Shown piece after piece: positions 48,231 through 59,557 of a stretch of 64,000 bases of DNA (its first letter is position 1; every line of letters starts with the position of its first letter). Under the pieces are notes generated by a model, which saw only the letters and a list, made by a program, of their open reading frames with translations, was not told the DNA's origin and made no database searches. The DNA lies in NCBI RefSeq assembly GCF_006345805.1, contig NC_042997.1, positions 87,110,001-87,174,000 of the forward strand, read 5' to 3'. The stretch comes from Octopus sinensis. Taxonomy: Eukaryota. The position numbers and the translations under genes are program-made.

Positions 48231-48729
48231 TTGCTGCTGTTGTTGTTACTGTTACGTTACATACTTATATATTGCATAAGTTTTATTCCCGTGTTTATTC
48301 AGTAAGGAAAATAAGAATAATTTATGATGGACTACCGCCATTTTTCGCATATTGCTTTGATAACACACTAAACAACGTCGTTTTGTGTTGAAGAACCGTT
48401 TACAGTTTGTGTAGTGTGTGCCATTCTTTACACTTAGCGTTTACTTAAGAGCATTTCAATTGATATAGATTTGCCATTCGACAAATTTGCAAATAGAGCA
48501 TATGCTACATTAGAGTCTCCACTCCTTCACTAGAAAATAAAGCAGTGTAAATGAGACAGTTATGTTGTGTAATTCTCGAATTTCCGGGTTCGGTGAATTC
48601 GATCAAAAAGACTGCAACATGCATTCATATGCAGCATATATATACATACATACAAACATACACACATGCGTACATACATATACACACTCAAACATTATAC
48701 ACACACACACATAGAGAGATAGTAAGATA

Positions 48730-48931
48730 GATAGATACATACACACATGCATACACACTCAAACATACATACATACATACATACACACATGCATACATAC
48801 ATACATACATACATACATACATACATACATACATACATACATACATACATACATACATACACACATGCATACACACTCAAACATACATACATACATACAT
48901 ACATACATACATACATACATACATACATACA

Positions 48932-48960
<29 letters not shown>
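48730..48960. repeat. (CATA)n microsatellite with a duplicated interruption
   Basis: ACACATGCATACACACTCAAACATAC occurs at ~48742 and ~48860. Confidence 0.9.
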
Positions 48961-48962
<2 letters not shown>

Positions 48963-49859
48963 GCGCATGTGTTTAACTGGTTTTGATTAGGTGTTCACTT
49001 ACCGGATCTAATATTTTATCTTGTTTTGTTTTTTTCTGGTGTATTTTTTTTCCTTATTTCAATATCGTCCACCAATAAAAATTGCATTTGGAAAAGGATA
49101 TAATCTCTGGATGAAATGAAATACCGGAGGTTAGGTTGAGAATGTAGCGGTGAGAAGAATGCCATGATTAGCTTTGAGCAGATATAAACTTCTCTCAATT
49201 AAATTTCTCCATGATATGAGTTGAGGTGAAATGAAATGAGTTGATACGGTACTGGATACTTACAGGCTACCGATTTAAGCCATTTCGCAACCTTGCAGTG
49301 TTTTTAAGACATCTTATGGAGTGACTGAAACTGCTACTATGTGAACCAGTCTGTATAAACAACTCGGTCTGCTTTGTTATTTGATTACTTGTTCGATTCA
49401 AGGTACATTTGTTATGGTGCCATACTAACAGTCCAAACTATAGCTATGACTAACTAGGTGGGTTTATTGACACTGTACAATGTGATATTCTTGAAGAAGG
49501 CAACAGAATTAGATTAAATTTTTTCACAGATGAAGAGCTTATAATTGTTTTTCATTGTCTTCGATTCGTTGTTGGCCATTTAGTCAAGTTGTTTGTGCAA
49601 CAAAAAATATAAATAATAACAGTAAATATAGGTAATAAATATAGATAATAATACCAAATAAGGATAGAAATAAACAAAATATTCCAAATATTAACTTTCG
49701 TGGTTTATTGAACGGTAGTAGACAACGATACTCGCACTTGTTATAATGTTGAAATAATGTGAAATATCGTGTGTTTAATAGGAATATTGTGTACCTACGA
49801 CTAATTATTATTATCGTTATAGTATTATATCTTTTATAATACGTGCTCACAGTACAAAA

Positions 49860-50135
49860 ACGTAGCTTTCACTGGAATTAAGGTTTTGTTGTTTTTGAGA
49901 AGGAAGAATTTTCAGTTGAGCTTTGTCTATCTTAACGTTCTGAGTTCCAATTCCGCCGAGGTCTACTTTGCCTTTCATCTGTTCGTGGGTTGAGAGAACA
50001 AGTATCTGGGATCGATATAATCAACTTACCCCTCTCCTAATCCTGGGGTCGGTGTAATCTACTTACTCCTCTCCTAATCCTGGGGTCGGTGTAATTGACT
50101 TACAACGATGGCCTTGTACCAAATTTTGAAACCCA
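49860..50135 (+). mobile_element. SINE-B with an internal ~37-bp tandem duplication
   Basis: ACTTAC.CCTCTCCTAATCCTGGGGTCGGTGTAAT occurs twice at ~50024-50097. Confidence 0.7.
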
Positions 50136-50581
50136 TGTTTTCAATAAAAACGAGGGTTGGGTTTACGTTAAAATTGCCCTGTCACGAGTGTTTCCTTGTA
50201 TTCCACACATTACTCAATATAGAATATCAATCGAATATTGATGTCGCTTTAATCAATCCCAAAATATGTCACCGTGTGTCGAAGTTAGAAATCGGTATTC
50301 GATACATTTCTTATAACCAAACAACATCAAAGTAATTCATAAAGGACATGCTTTTTTACACGTGGAAAACCTTACCATTGTTTTGTCACTATACGTATAT
50401 ATTTATATTATATTTGCCTAAGTTTCTGTATAACATGTAAATATATGAGTGCATGTTAGTGGATGCATATACATATAATACATACACACACGCACACACA
50501 AACACACACACACACACATACACACACACCATACACACACACACCACACACCACACTTATATATATATAATATATATTATA

Positions 50582-50620
<39 letters not shown>

Positions 50621-50624
<4 letters not shown>

Positions 50625-51619
50625 TCCGTAATAATGAAGGGTGAAATTAATTAATTTGGAAAAATTATCAATTACACCAGTATCTTCGGCATGTAAAAGC
50701 CACATTCGAGGAAAATTTAAGTAATACTAAGCAATAGGGTTTAGCAACGATTTGCCTTACCACATACCGAATTTAGAAATAGCAGTCAAAGGGTTATAGC
50801 TATTTCTTCTACTAAAAAGGAGATCTCAGTAAAAACAGCATTGGAAGGCAGACACAAACAGGTAAGAGAGAATGAATTGACTGCAATCTATCATACATTT
50901 TTTTAGTTATCCACGGACGTACGTTTCGAAATCAAGTTTTTAGGAAAGCATAAGAATTAAATATTAAATATTAAATAATTCTATCTTACCGAAACTTCTT
51001 TTCTCTTCAGCGTAGAATACTATAATCATAAATGATTATATATTGAATTTTGAGATACCAGAAGGCACCAACTCAACTCAGTATCAGAGCGAGCTAGAAT
51101 CCGCAACTGGTATCACCGAATTCAATTTGTGAATGAAACGATTGTGTCAACAGCCCCTTCCCACCCGCGTGTAGCCAAAACAAGATGCTGTGGTCATCTA
51201 CTGAGATAAAATATGGTTATCCGTAATAATGAAGGGTGAAATTAATTAATTTGGAAAAGTTATCAATTACACCAAGTAGTCTTCGGCATGTAAAAGCCTC
51301 ATTCGAGGAAAATTTAAGTAATACTAAGCAATAAGGGTTTAGCAACGAGTTGCCTTAAGATAGAATTATTTAATATTTAATATTTAATTCTTATGCTTTC
51401 CTAAAAACTTGATTTCGAAACGTACGTCCGGATAACTAAAAAAATGTATGATAGATTGCAGTCAATTCATTCTCTCTTACCTGTTTGTGTCTGCCTTCCA
51501 AATGCTTTTTTACTGAGATCTCCCTTTTAGTAGAAGAAATAGCTATAACCCTTTGACTGCTATTTCTAAATTCGGTATGTGGTAAGGCAACTCGTTGCTA
51601 AACCCTTATTGCTTAGTAT
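50621..51619. mobile_element. Direct plus inverted repeat structure (Penelope-like pseudo-LTR arrangement)
   Basis: 50621-50759 is repeated directly at 51216-51357. 50724-50988 is repeated inverted at 51356-51619. (TA)n on both flanks. Confidence 0.7.
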
Positions 51620-51639
51620 ATATATATATATATATATAT

Positions 51640-51880
51640 ATACACTTTTTACCTTTTCATCATTTTACTTGTTTCAGTCGATAAACTGTGGTCATGTTGG
51701 CACACAACCTTGAGGAATTTTAATCGAAAGAATCAACCTCAATGCATACTTTCTTTTAAAGCCTGGTACTTATTTTATCGCTTCTTTTGCCGAACCGCTA
51801 ATTTGCAGGGACGTAAACACGCTAACACCATTGTCAAGCGGTGGTGGAAGACAAAAACAGACAAAAAGACACATACAGAC
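51640..51880 (-). mobile_element. SINE-A 3' half
   Basis: TTTTACTTGTTTCAGTCG...TTGTCAAGCGGTGG. Confidence 0.8.
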
Positions 51881-51894
51881 ATACATACATACAT

Positions 51895-51943
<49 letters not shown>

Positions 51944-52096
51944 CACACACACACAGGCGCACGAACATCACCCCACCACGTATATATATATGGTCGATCG
52001 AATCCACTTTATGCATGCAAGATCCACTACACACACACACACAAACACACACACACATACACAGGCGCACGAACATCACCCCACCGCGTATATATA

Positions 52097-52161
<65 letters not shown>

Positions 52162-52164
52162 TGT

Positions 52165-53855
52165 GTAGTGGATCTTGCATGCTTGAAGTGGATTTGATCG
52201 ACCATAGCCAAATTTAAATCAACACTGCAACAGAACTTTTCCCACGGTGGAACAGTGGAACAATGGTTTTTCTGTGACAGCAGTTTTACATTTTCCAGAA
52301 GCCTTTAGCTGAACCAAAGGAAAAAGAATGACAACCTTCGTCACCACCAGGATGCACCCTCCATCGACCTGCTACAGAAAGCACTACACTGCAATGCAAT
52401 CTACGATGCACTTCCCAACAATGCAACACTGCCGACGCACAAGGTATTCGCCGACCATGAAAGACTAGACAACTACATGCCCAGAAACTAACTAGACGAA
52501 AATACGGAAGCCCGCACGTACAACCTTTTTGGCACACACACGCTTTTCGTCTCGTCCCGACGAACAAACCCTGCATTGTCTATGAACTCTTGCACGTACA
52601 TAAGATTCTCACATAGACTTTCAACATCTCTTTTTCTTTGCGTGCGCATCTCCTTTTCATTTTCAGCAGTAGACCTTTAAGAAAGGACACTATTTTCAGT
52701 TAGGTTTGTTGTTTTTGCTTATTTTATTATTTTGTTTGCACTGCACACTTTCATTTGTTTACATTCCCATATACCGCGATGCACATATTCCGTGAAGCAA
52801 ATATTCCGCGATGCACATATTCCGCAATGCACATTCCGCGATGTACACATTCCGCGATGCACATATTCTGCGGCGACTGGTTCACTAAAACAGCTAAATT
52901 CATGTGCATATCTTTTTTAATGTCCTTTATTATTATTCATATTTTGCATGCACCTTTTTTTCGTTCACTTTGAATGTTTGTAGTGTTGCATACACTCACG
53001 CATGCACCTTTCCTCAGCACCTGGCCTTGCGCACGCATCTGCACACATGGTTCATACGCACACAAATACTATTTCTGTCACATTCATGCACCACTCAAGC
53101 CTTCCTCGCTTGCTTTTCATGCTCCCTGCACCCTTGTAGACACAACTCATCTCTGTAAGACCCTAGGTCGGTCACGCATACATAGAGGAAATTGTTTGTC
53201 CCTTACACTGCGCCAGCATGCTACACTTTTGTTCTTGCACGATCGAGGCATATAATACCTCATGCACCGGCTGGCAGCCTCAGCCTTACTGCATTAATCA
53301 CTGGCATATTCAATACTGCACACTGATTTGTAATCAATGCATTAACCTCAGCCTTCCAAGCTCTATTGCACTCATGCAAATGCATATCTATTATGCATCT
53401 ACTGCCTTGTTTTGCAATACGTCTGCGTCAGCTCAATTCTTCTCCAGACTCAAAGCACGTCGGATGATCACATGCTCTGCGCTCGTGTTTAGACATAATT
53501 TCCCCCTATTAGACTCCTGTTTGGTCACGCAATTAACAGAGAAAATTATCTGTCTCGCGTATCACTCCAGTATGCTTACACTGTCGTCCTTGCTAACTCA
53601 ACAATTAACCACGACAACAGCACCAGACGCATTTCACTACTGAAAAGCATTCCAGGGCTTTTACCATGCATTTCTTTCTCTCCTTCGATCGTTCGTTTCC
53701 AGGAACCTCACTGGCGAGGGGAGTGATGTAGTGCATGAAGTGAATTCGATCCACCACAGCCAAATTTAAATTAACACTGCAACAGAACTTTTCCCACGGT
53801 GGAACAATGGTTTTTCTGTGACAGCAGTTTTACATTTTCAAGATGCCTTTAGCTA
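52165..53855. repeat. ~140-bp direct repeats (52165-52315 and 53725-53855) around a 1.4-kb unassigned segment
   Basis: AGCCAAATTTAAAT.AACACTGCAACAGAACTTTTCCCACGGTGGAACA...GTGACAGCAGTTTTACATTTTC in both copies. Confidence 0.8.
52771..52872. repeat. Minisatellite, about six copies of ATTCCGCGATGCACAT
   Basis: 14-16-bp units visible directly. Confidence 0.85.
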
Positions 53856-54416
53856 GGCCGAAATAATGTCTTCACCACTTGACCCTTTCAAACCTCTTCT
53901 ACTTCACCAAAAGCTAGAATAGAGATAACAAGACCACCAACTAAATCTATTGTTTTCAATGATATATCTATCCCTCTTTATAGTTATATAAGCAAGCACA
54001 CCCCAAGCAAAAATCAGTTAGTCACTTCGGTGACAACGAGGTCTGGATGACCAACCTTGGTCAGAGGGAGAAATGAAGTTTACTTTCAGCAACTGTGAGA
54101 CAACGTCCCACACCCTACAACCCACTAGCTCTGATTCTGTTCTCTTACAACATCATTTTATCTCTCTCTGTATTTACTACTAAACAATGAAGAGGACACA
54201 AACAAACTGTACTTCGCATGCTTTTGGATTTATCAAAACCTGCCCGTCGAGGCAAGGTATTTGTAACATAACGGTAAATAAATACTTTCTTAAAACTTCA
54301 TGCATTGTTCATCTTTCACATCCTACAACATGCAATTATAACAACAAATTTTTATCGTTACAACTGCTAACTCCGACACCTCATAATAATGTTTACTAAT
54401 CAATTTCTCCCGTTAA

Positions 54417-54461
<45 letters not shown>

Positions 54462-54479
54462 ACACACACACACACACAC

Positions 54480-54640
54480 ATATACGACGGGCTTCTTGTT
54501 TCTGTCTACAAATCCACTCACAAGACTTTACTCGGACTGAGACTATAGTAGAAGACACTTTCCCAAGGTGCTACGCAGTGAGAGTGAACCCGGAACCATG
54601 TGGTTGGTAAGCAGACTTCTTACTATACAGTCAGGCCTGT
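54480..54640 (-). mobile_element. SINE-A 5' half (head), empty target site
   Basis: ACGACGGGCTTC...GAACCCGGAACCATGTGGTTGGTAAGCAGACTTCTTAC. Confidence 0.8.
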
Positions 54641-55145
54641 ATGAATGCATGCATAGATACATTGGTACATGCATACATACATACATGCATACATACATAT
54701 ATACACAGTTGTACATACATACGTCCATACATGCATACATATATGTATAAATATACGTGTGTGTGTGCGTGTGTGCGTGTGTGTAGGTATGTATAAATGC
54801 ATGTATGTATGCGCATATAAGTAAAGTAAACGGATTAATATCGGTTTGATCAACCGTTTAGTCAACTGAGAATTTCAGAAATGCGTAACCATAAAATAAC
54901 TGTATTCTTCGCGCAGAGAATCAGCGTGACAATGTGTGACAAGTCTTCCCTTTTCTATTAATTATAAGTATAGTCCATCCGGCGGGATTCCTTTCAGTTT
55001 TTGTCTACCTAATTCACTCCCAAAAATGTAGGTTAATATAAGACCACTTGATCAAGATGCCGCGCTGTGAGATCGAACCTAGGACCTCATAATCTCGAGA
55101 TCAACATCTTAACCATTCTAATAAGTCTATGTTCATATAGAACCA

Positions 55146-55555
55146 CGTATATAATCCTTTCTACTATAGGCACAAGGCCAGAAATTTGGTGGGAGGGGAG
55201 TAGTCGATTACATCAACCCCGGTGTTTCAATGATACTTAATTTATCGACCCCGAAAAGATGAAGGGCAAAGTCGACCTCAGCAGAATTTGAACTCAGAAC
55301 GTAGCGGCAGGCGAAATACCTATTTCTTTACTGCCCACAAGGGGCTACACACAGAGGGGACAAACAAGTACAGACAAACGGATTAAGTCGATTATATCGA
55401 CCCCAGTGCGTAGCTGGTACTTATTTAATCGACCCTGAAAGGATGAAAGCAAAGTTGACCTCGGCAGAATTTGAACTCAGAACGTAGCGGCAGACGAAAT
55501 ACCGCTAAACATTTCGCCCGGCGTGCTTAACGATTCTGCCAGCTCGCCACCTTAA
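55146..55555 (-). mobile_element. Dimeric SINE-B: head, core, Tx1-like tail, second core, standard tail
   Basis: Junction GAAATACC|TATTTCTTTACTGCCCACAAGGGGCT at ~55320. Confidence 0.8.
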
Positions 55556-56734
55556 AGCGCGAATATAATACACACGTTCACGTGTGTTTGTGCATTATCA
55601 TATACATACATACATAAATACATACATACATGCATGCACACATACATACATACATACATACATACATACATACATAAATACATACATACATACATACATA
55701 CATACATACATACATACATACATACATACATACATACACGTATACATACAGACGTGTGTGTATGTGTTGCACACACAATTAACCGATACAATAGATTAGG
55801 GACTTGCAGAGCGTTATCGATAACTACCTGGCCGGTAGCACCTGGTACCAGTGAAACTGTCACCCTAGAATTTCATCGTTAACTGCACTGACTGCCGTGA
55901 CATTATCTATAATGCAATCTTCTCTATCGTTCCTCTTTTAGTAATCACCATTTCCATCTGCATGATTTATTGACATTATTATTGCCGTCGTTTTTCATGT
56001 TGTTATCGTAGTATTTGTCTTTGGTTTATTTGCAGAGGTTTAGAGGACCTTTATTTATTCACTTATATATTTATTCATTTATTTTTTTTTTAATTATCTA
56101 TCACCTTAAATCTTACTGTGTTCAATGTCGCTTTTCTTACACCAGGTATCAATAAAATGCGTTCCAGTCAAGTACTTGGGTCGATAAAACGACTTTTAGC
56201 TTTCTAAAAATGTGTGATTTTGTACTTAAGCTAGAAGTATTGGAAAATAGTGTTTAGCAGAAGCAATAGAATAACATGTAAAAAAAATTTAAAAAGGAGA
56301 GCTTTGTGTTGCTGAATTACTTCTGTTTATTCTCTAGGATCAAACCTTGCCCCATTTTAACTTTTTTGTTTTTACTGATTCTTATAATCTCAGCTCAAAC
56401 CCCGTTAAGACAGGCTTTGAGTTTCATGTTTCTGATATTGATAAAATAGTGTATCAGTCATATTCTGAAACGATATAATCCATTAAATTTGATGCGAGGA
56501 AAAGTATACCTCGGATTCACCATTCCAGTGAAACGTTTCAACGGCAAACACAGTGTGCACCGGTTCAAACCATAAGAAAAAGCAAACGATAAAGCAATTG
56601 TTGTTTCAAGATGTCATTATCACGTGTCTCACCTCACTAGCGTTACACGAATAGCCGTGCAAAATATGAGAGGTTTTTCTGTCGCATGCTACATCTTCTT
56701 ACAAAATCTGTGGCCTTGCATTTATGTTAGAAAT

Positions 56735-57180
56735 CAGCTGGCAGGATCGTTAGCACGTAGAGCAAAATGCTTAGCAGCATTTCGCCTGTCTTAACGTTTT
56801 CAGTTCAAATCCTGCCGAAGTTGACTTTATCTTTCATCCTTTCGGGGTCAATAAAATAAGTACCAATTGAGCACTGGGGTCGGTATAATCGACTTATAAT
56901 CTCCCTTAAACTTGCAGGTTTTGTGCCAAAATTTGTGACCATTATTAAGCTCGTTTTCAATGTAGCGAGTTAGGAGAATCGTTATCATACCGAGCGAAAT
57001 GCTTAGCGGAATTTCGTCCGTCTTTACGTTCTGACTTCAAACTCCGTCGAGGTCGACTTTGCCTTTCATCCCATTCGGGGATCAATAAAATAAATACCAG
57101 TTGAACACTGAGGTCGATGTAACCGAGTAGTTCCCTTCCCCAAAATTGCTGGCTTTGTTCCAAAATTTGAAACCTTTATT
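56735..57180 (+). mobile_element. Two tandem SINE-B copies
   Basis: Heads at ~56737 and ~56965; the second ends in (ATT)n. Confidence 0.8.
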
Positions 57181-57312
57181 ATTATTATTATTGTTGTTGT
57201 TGTTGTTGTTGTTGTTGTTATTGCTGTTGTTGTTGTTGCTGTTGCTGTTGTTGTTGTTACTACTACTACTATTACTATTACTATTATTATTATTATTATT
57301 TTTTTTTTTTTA

Positions 57313-57359
<47 letters not shown>

Positions 57360-57581
57360 TTTGCTTTCCGAGACGACGGACGTGTGTGAAGCTGCTCCGT
57401 AAGTTTTCTGCAAATTTTGTTGGAAATCCTGTGAAAAGTTTTTTATATTTTTCGATATTTGTATGGCCAAGCCAACTAACTTCTAGGGGAGCTAGTTGGC
57501 TCGGCAAAATTTTACCGCATTGGGGGTAAAATTACGTTTTGAAATTTGATTTTGCATACATTTTCATTTAAAATTTAAAAT

Positions 57582-59515
57582 ATGGCTTCGAAGAGAACTA
57601 GCTGTTCTCTTCTTCAAATTTCACCCCCACTACACGAAAAAATTTCGTTAACGGCTCCGAATCGCCCATTTCGTGCCTTAAAAGGCAAAGAAAATATTTC
57701 GAAGGAACGTACCAGCGCGTGCAACGTTCCAAATGAAAATAAAAATGAAGGCGTCATTTGTGACGTCTTCGAAGATTTCCCTCCTCTCCCTTCTGCAAGC
57801 GTCCCAGTAGGGGGAAAAGACGGAAAAAAGAACATTACAAAGGAAAACAACAAAGATGGCGTCGCCTTTGACGTCATTCAGAATTTTCTTTCTCTTCATT
57901 CCATAAAACTAGGGGAAAAAGAAGAAAATGAAAATAACAAACAGCATCACCGACAACACCACCAGCAACAATACAACAAGCCACCATAGCAATTTTGCTT
58001 CTGTCACGAAACAAAATACAGAACAAATTGAAATTACATTTGATGGAATAAAATCTGAAAAAGGGGTTGTTGAGAAAAGAGGGGAACAGTGTCTTCCTCA
58101 ATACACCTCAACAACTCATACATGACACTAATAAGAAGACAATATTTTACAAGGTTTTCGACAAGAAAAACAAAAGACTGATTAACGCAACACCCCAACA
58201 ATTGGAAATAGCTCTGAAGCCCATATGGGGCAAAAAGAGCTATGTCACCAGAGGGAAGCGTTTCGGAACCGTGGAGGTTCGCTTCCCAACAGAGGAGGAT
58301 GCAAGGGCGCATGCCATTTCGCCCTTGCAAAATGAAGATTTGTTCCTCGTTCCAATGTACCTCGAGCGGAGGGTCCAGAAAATAAAAATTGACATAATAC
58401 GCCCCGAACTAAGTATATCATGACTGGTGGCGGCTGTCCTCTATAACATAGAGGACACTGCCACTATTCTAGATGTTCGAAGAGTAAGAGAAAAGAACTG
58501 GTCAGGTATGGGTATTCAGCTGCTGGTACAAATCCAGCAGGAAAACATTAATGCCATACCTGACTCAGTCATTTTACCAGATGGAACCAGGCTGCACGTT
58601 ACTGTGGAGGGGCGAAAGCCAAAATGTTACCTCTGCAGCAGCGAAAGCCACCTAAAGAGGGACTGCCCTATTCACAAAAAAAGAATGGAGGCAAACGGCA
58701 AGAGGCAGCAGCAGCAACAACAACAACAACAACAACAGAAACAACAACAGCACGAAACACCAAAGACTGCCACGCCACCAACACCATCACCACCACCACG
58801 ACGAACAACACCACCTCCAACAACAACCATCAAACCAACACCAACCCCAGCACCTAGAAAATCAACAAGAAAACAAAAGGAACAAGAAAACTCACCGACA
58901 CAGTCACCATCACCAACAGATACAGCAACACCACCGCTACCAGCAGAACCAACAATTTTTCGCCCTGCTGCTGAAGCGGACCCGACAGCCATCCCCTTTC
59001 CGGATCAGGACAGCTCGGATTGTGCGAGCACTGATACCGAGAAAGGGGAATGGCACACAGTGCCTCCAAAAAAGAAAAGGAGGAAAAAACAAAAGGACAC
59101 ACAGGGGAAGCACGAACAAATAGTGCTTCCTAACATCAACAACAACAACAACACACACTCACAACAACAAACAACAACAACACTTTCGACACCACTACTA
59201 CCACTGCCACACACACCAACACCAACAGACACGATTACAGCAATAAACACAAAAAATGAAAAACTCGTTGCATACATAAAAGACAAAACAAGTACAAACA
59301 TAACAGATTTCGTTATACCAACACACAATGCACCACCAGCACACATTCTCACAATAAAAATCAACGCAACAACGTACAGTGAAATAAAACAAATATTCCC
59401 TAACGATGTCGGATCGCTAGGGAAAAGTTTCTTAAAGAAACTATATAAAAATATAATCGAAGCACCCGTGCAAAAGCACAAGGGAGCCACCCCCACCACC
59501 AACAACAGTAAGTAG
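57582..59515 (+). pseudogene. Tx1 ORF1 (frameshifted)
   Basis: RGKRFGTVEVRF (RRM-like), VEGRKPKCYLCSSESHLKRDCP (CCHC) and a Q/P/T-rich tail. Pieced together from ORFs 57582, 57928, 58067 and 58427; the true start is uncertain. Confidence 0.8.
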
Positions 59516-59557
59516 AGCCTTTTTCTACTTTTTATTTTTTTTCCCCACCTTTGAAAC

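Noticed and set aside
52771-52872. CRISPR-like array
   Set aside because: Head-to-tail minisatellite without unique spacers, in a eukaryotic context.
57358-57371. TTGCTTTCC at the Tx1 5' junction resembling the SINE-A target TTGCTTCC
   Set aside because: Too short, and no other SINE-A sequence flanks this element.
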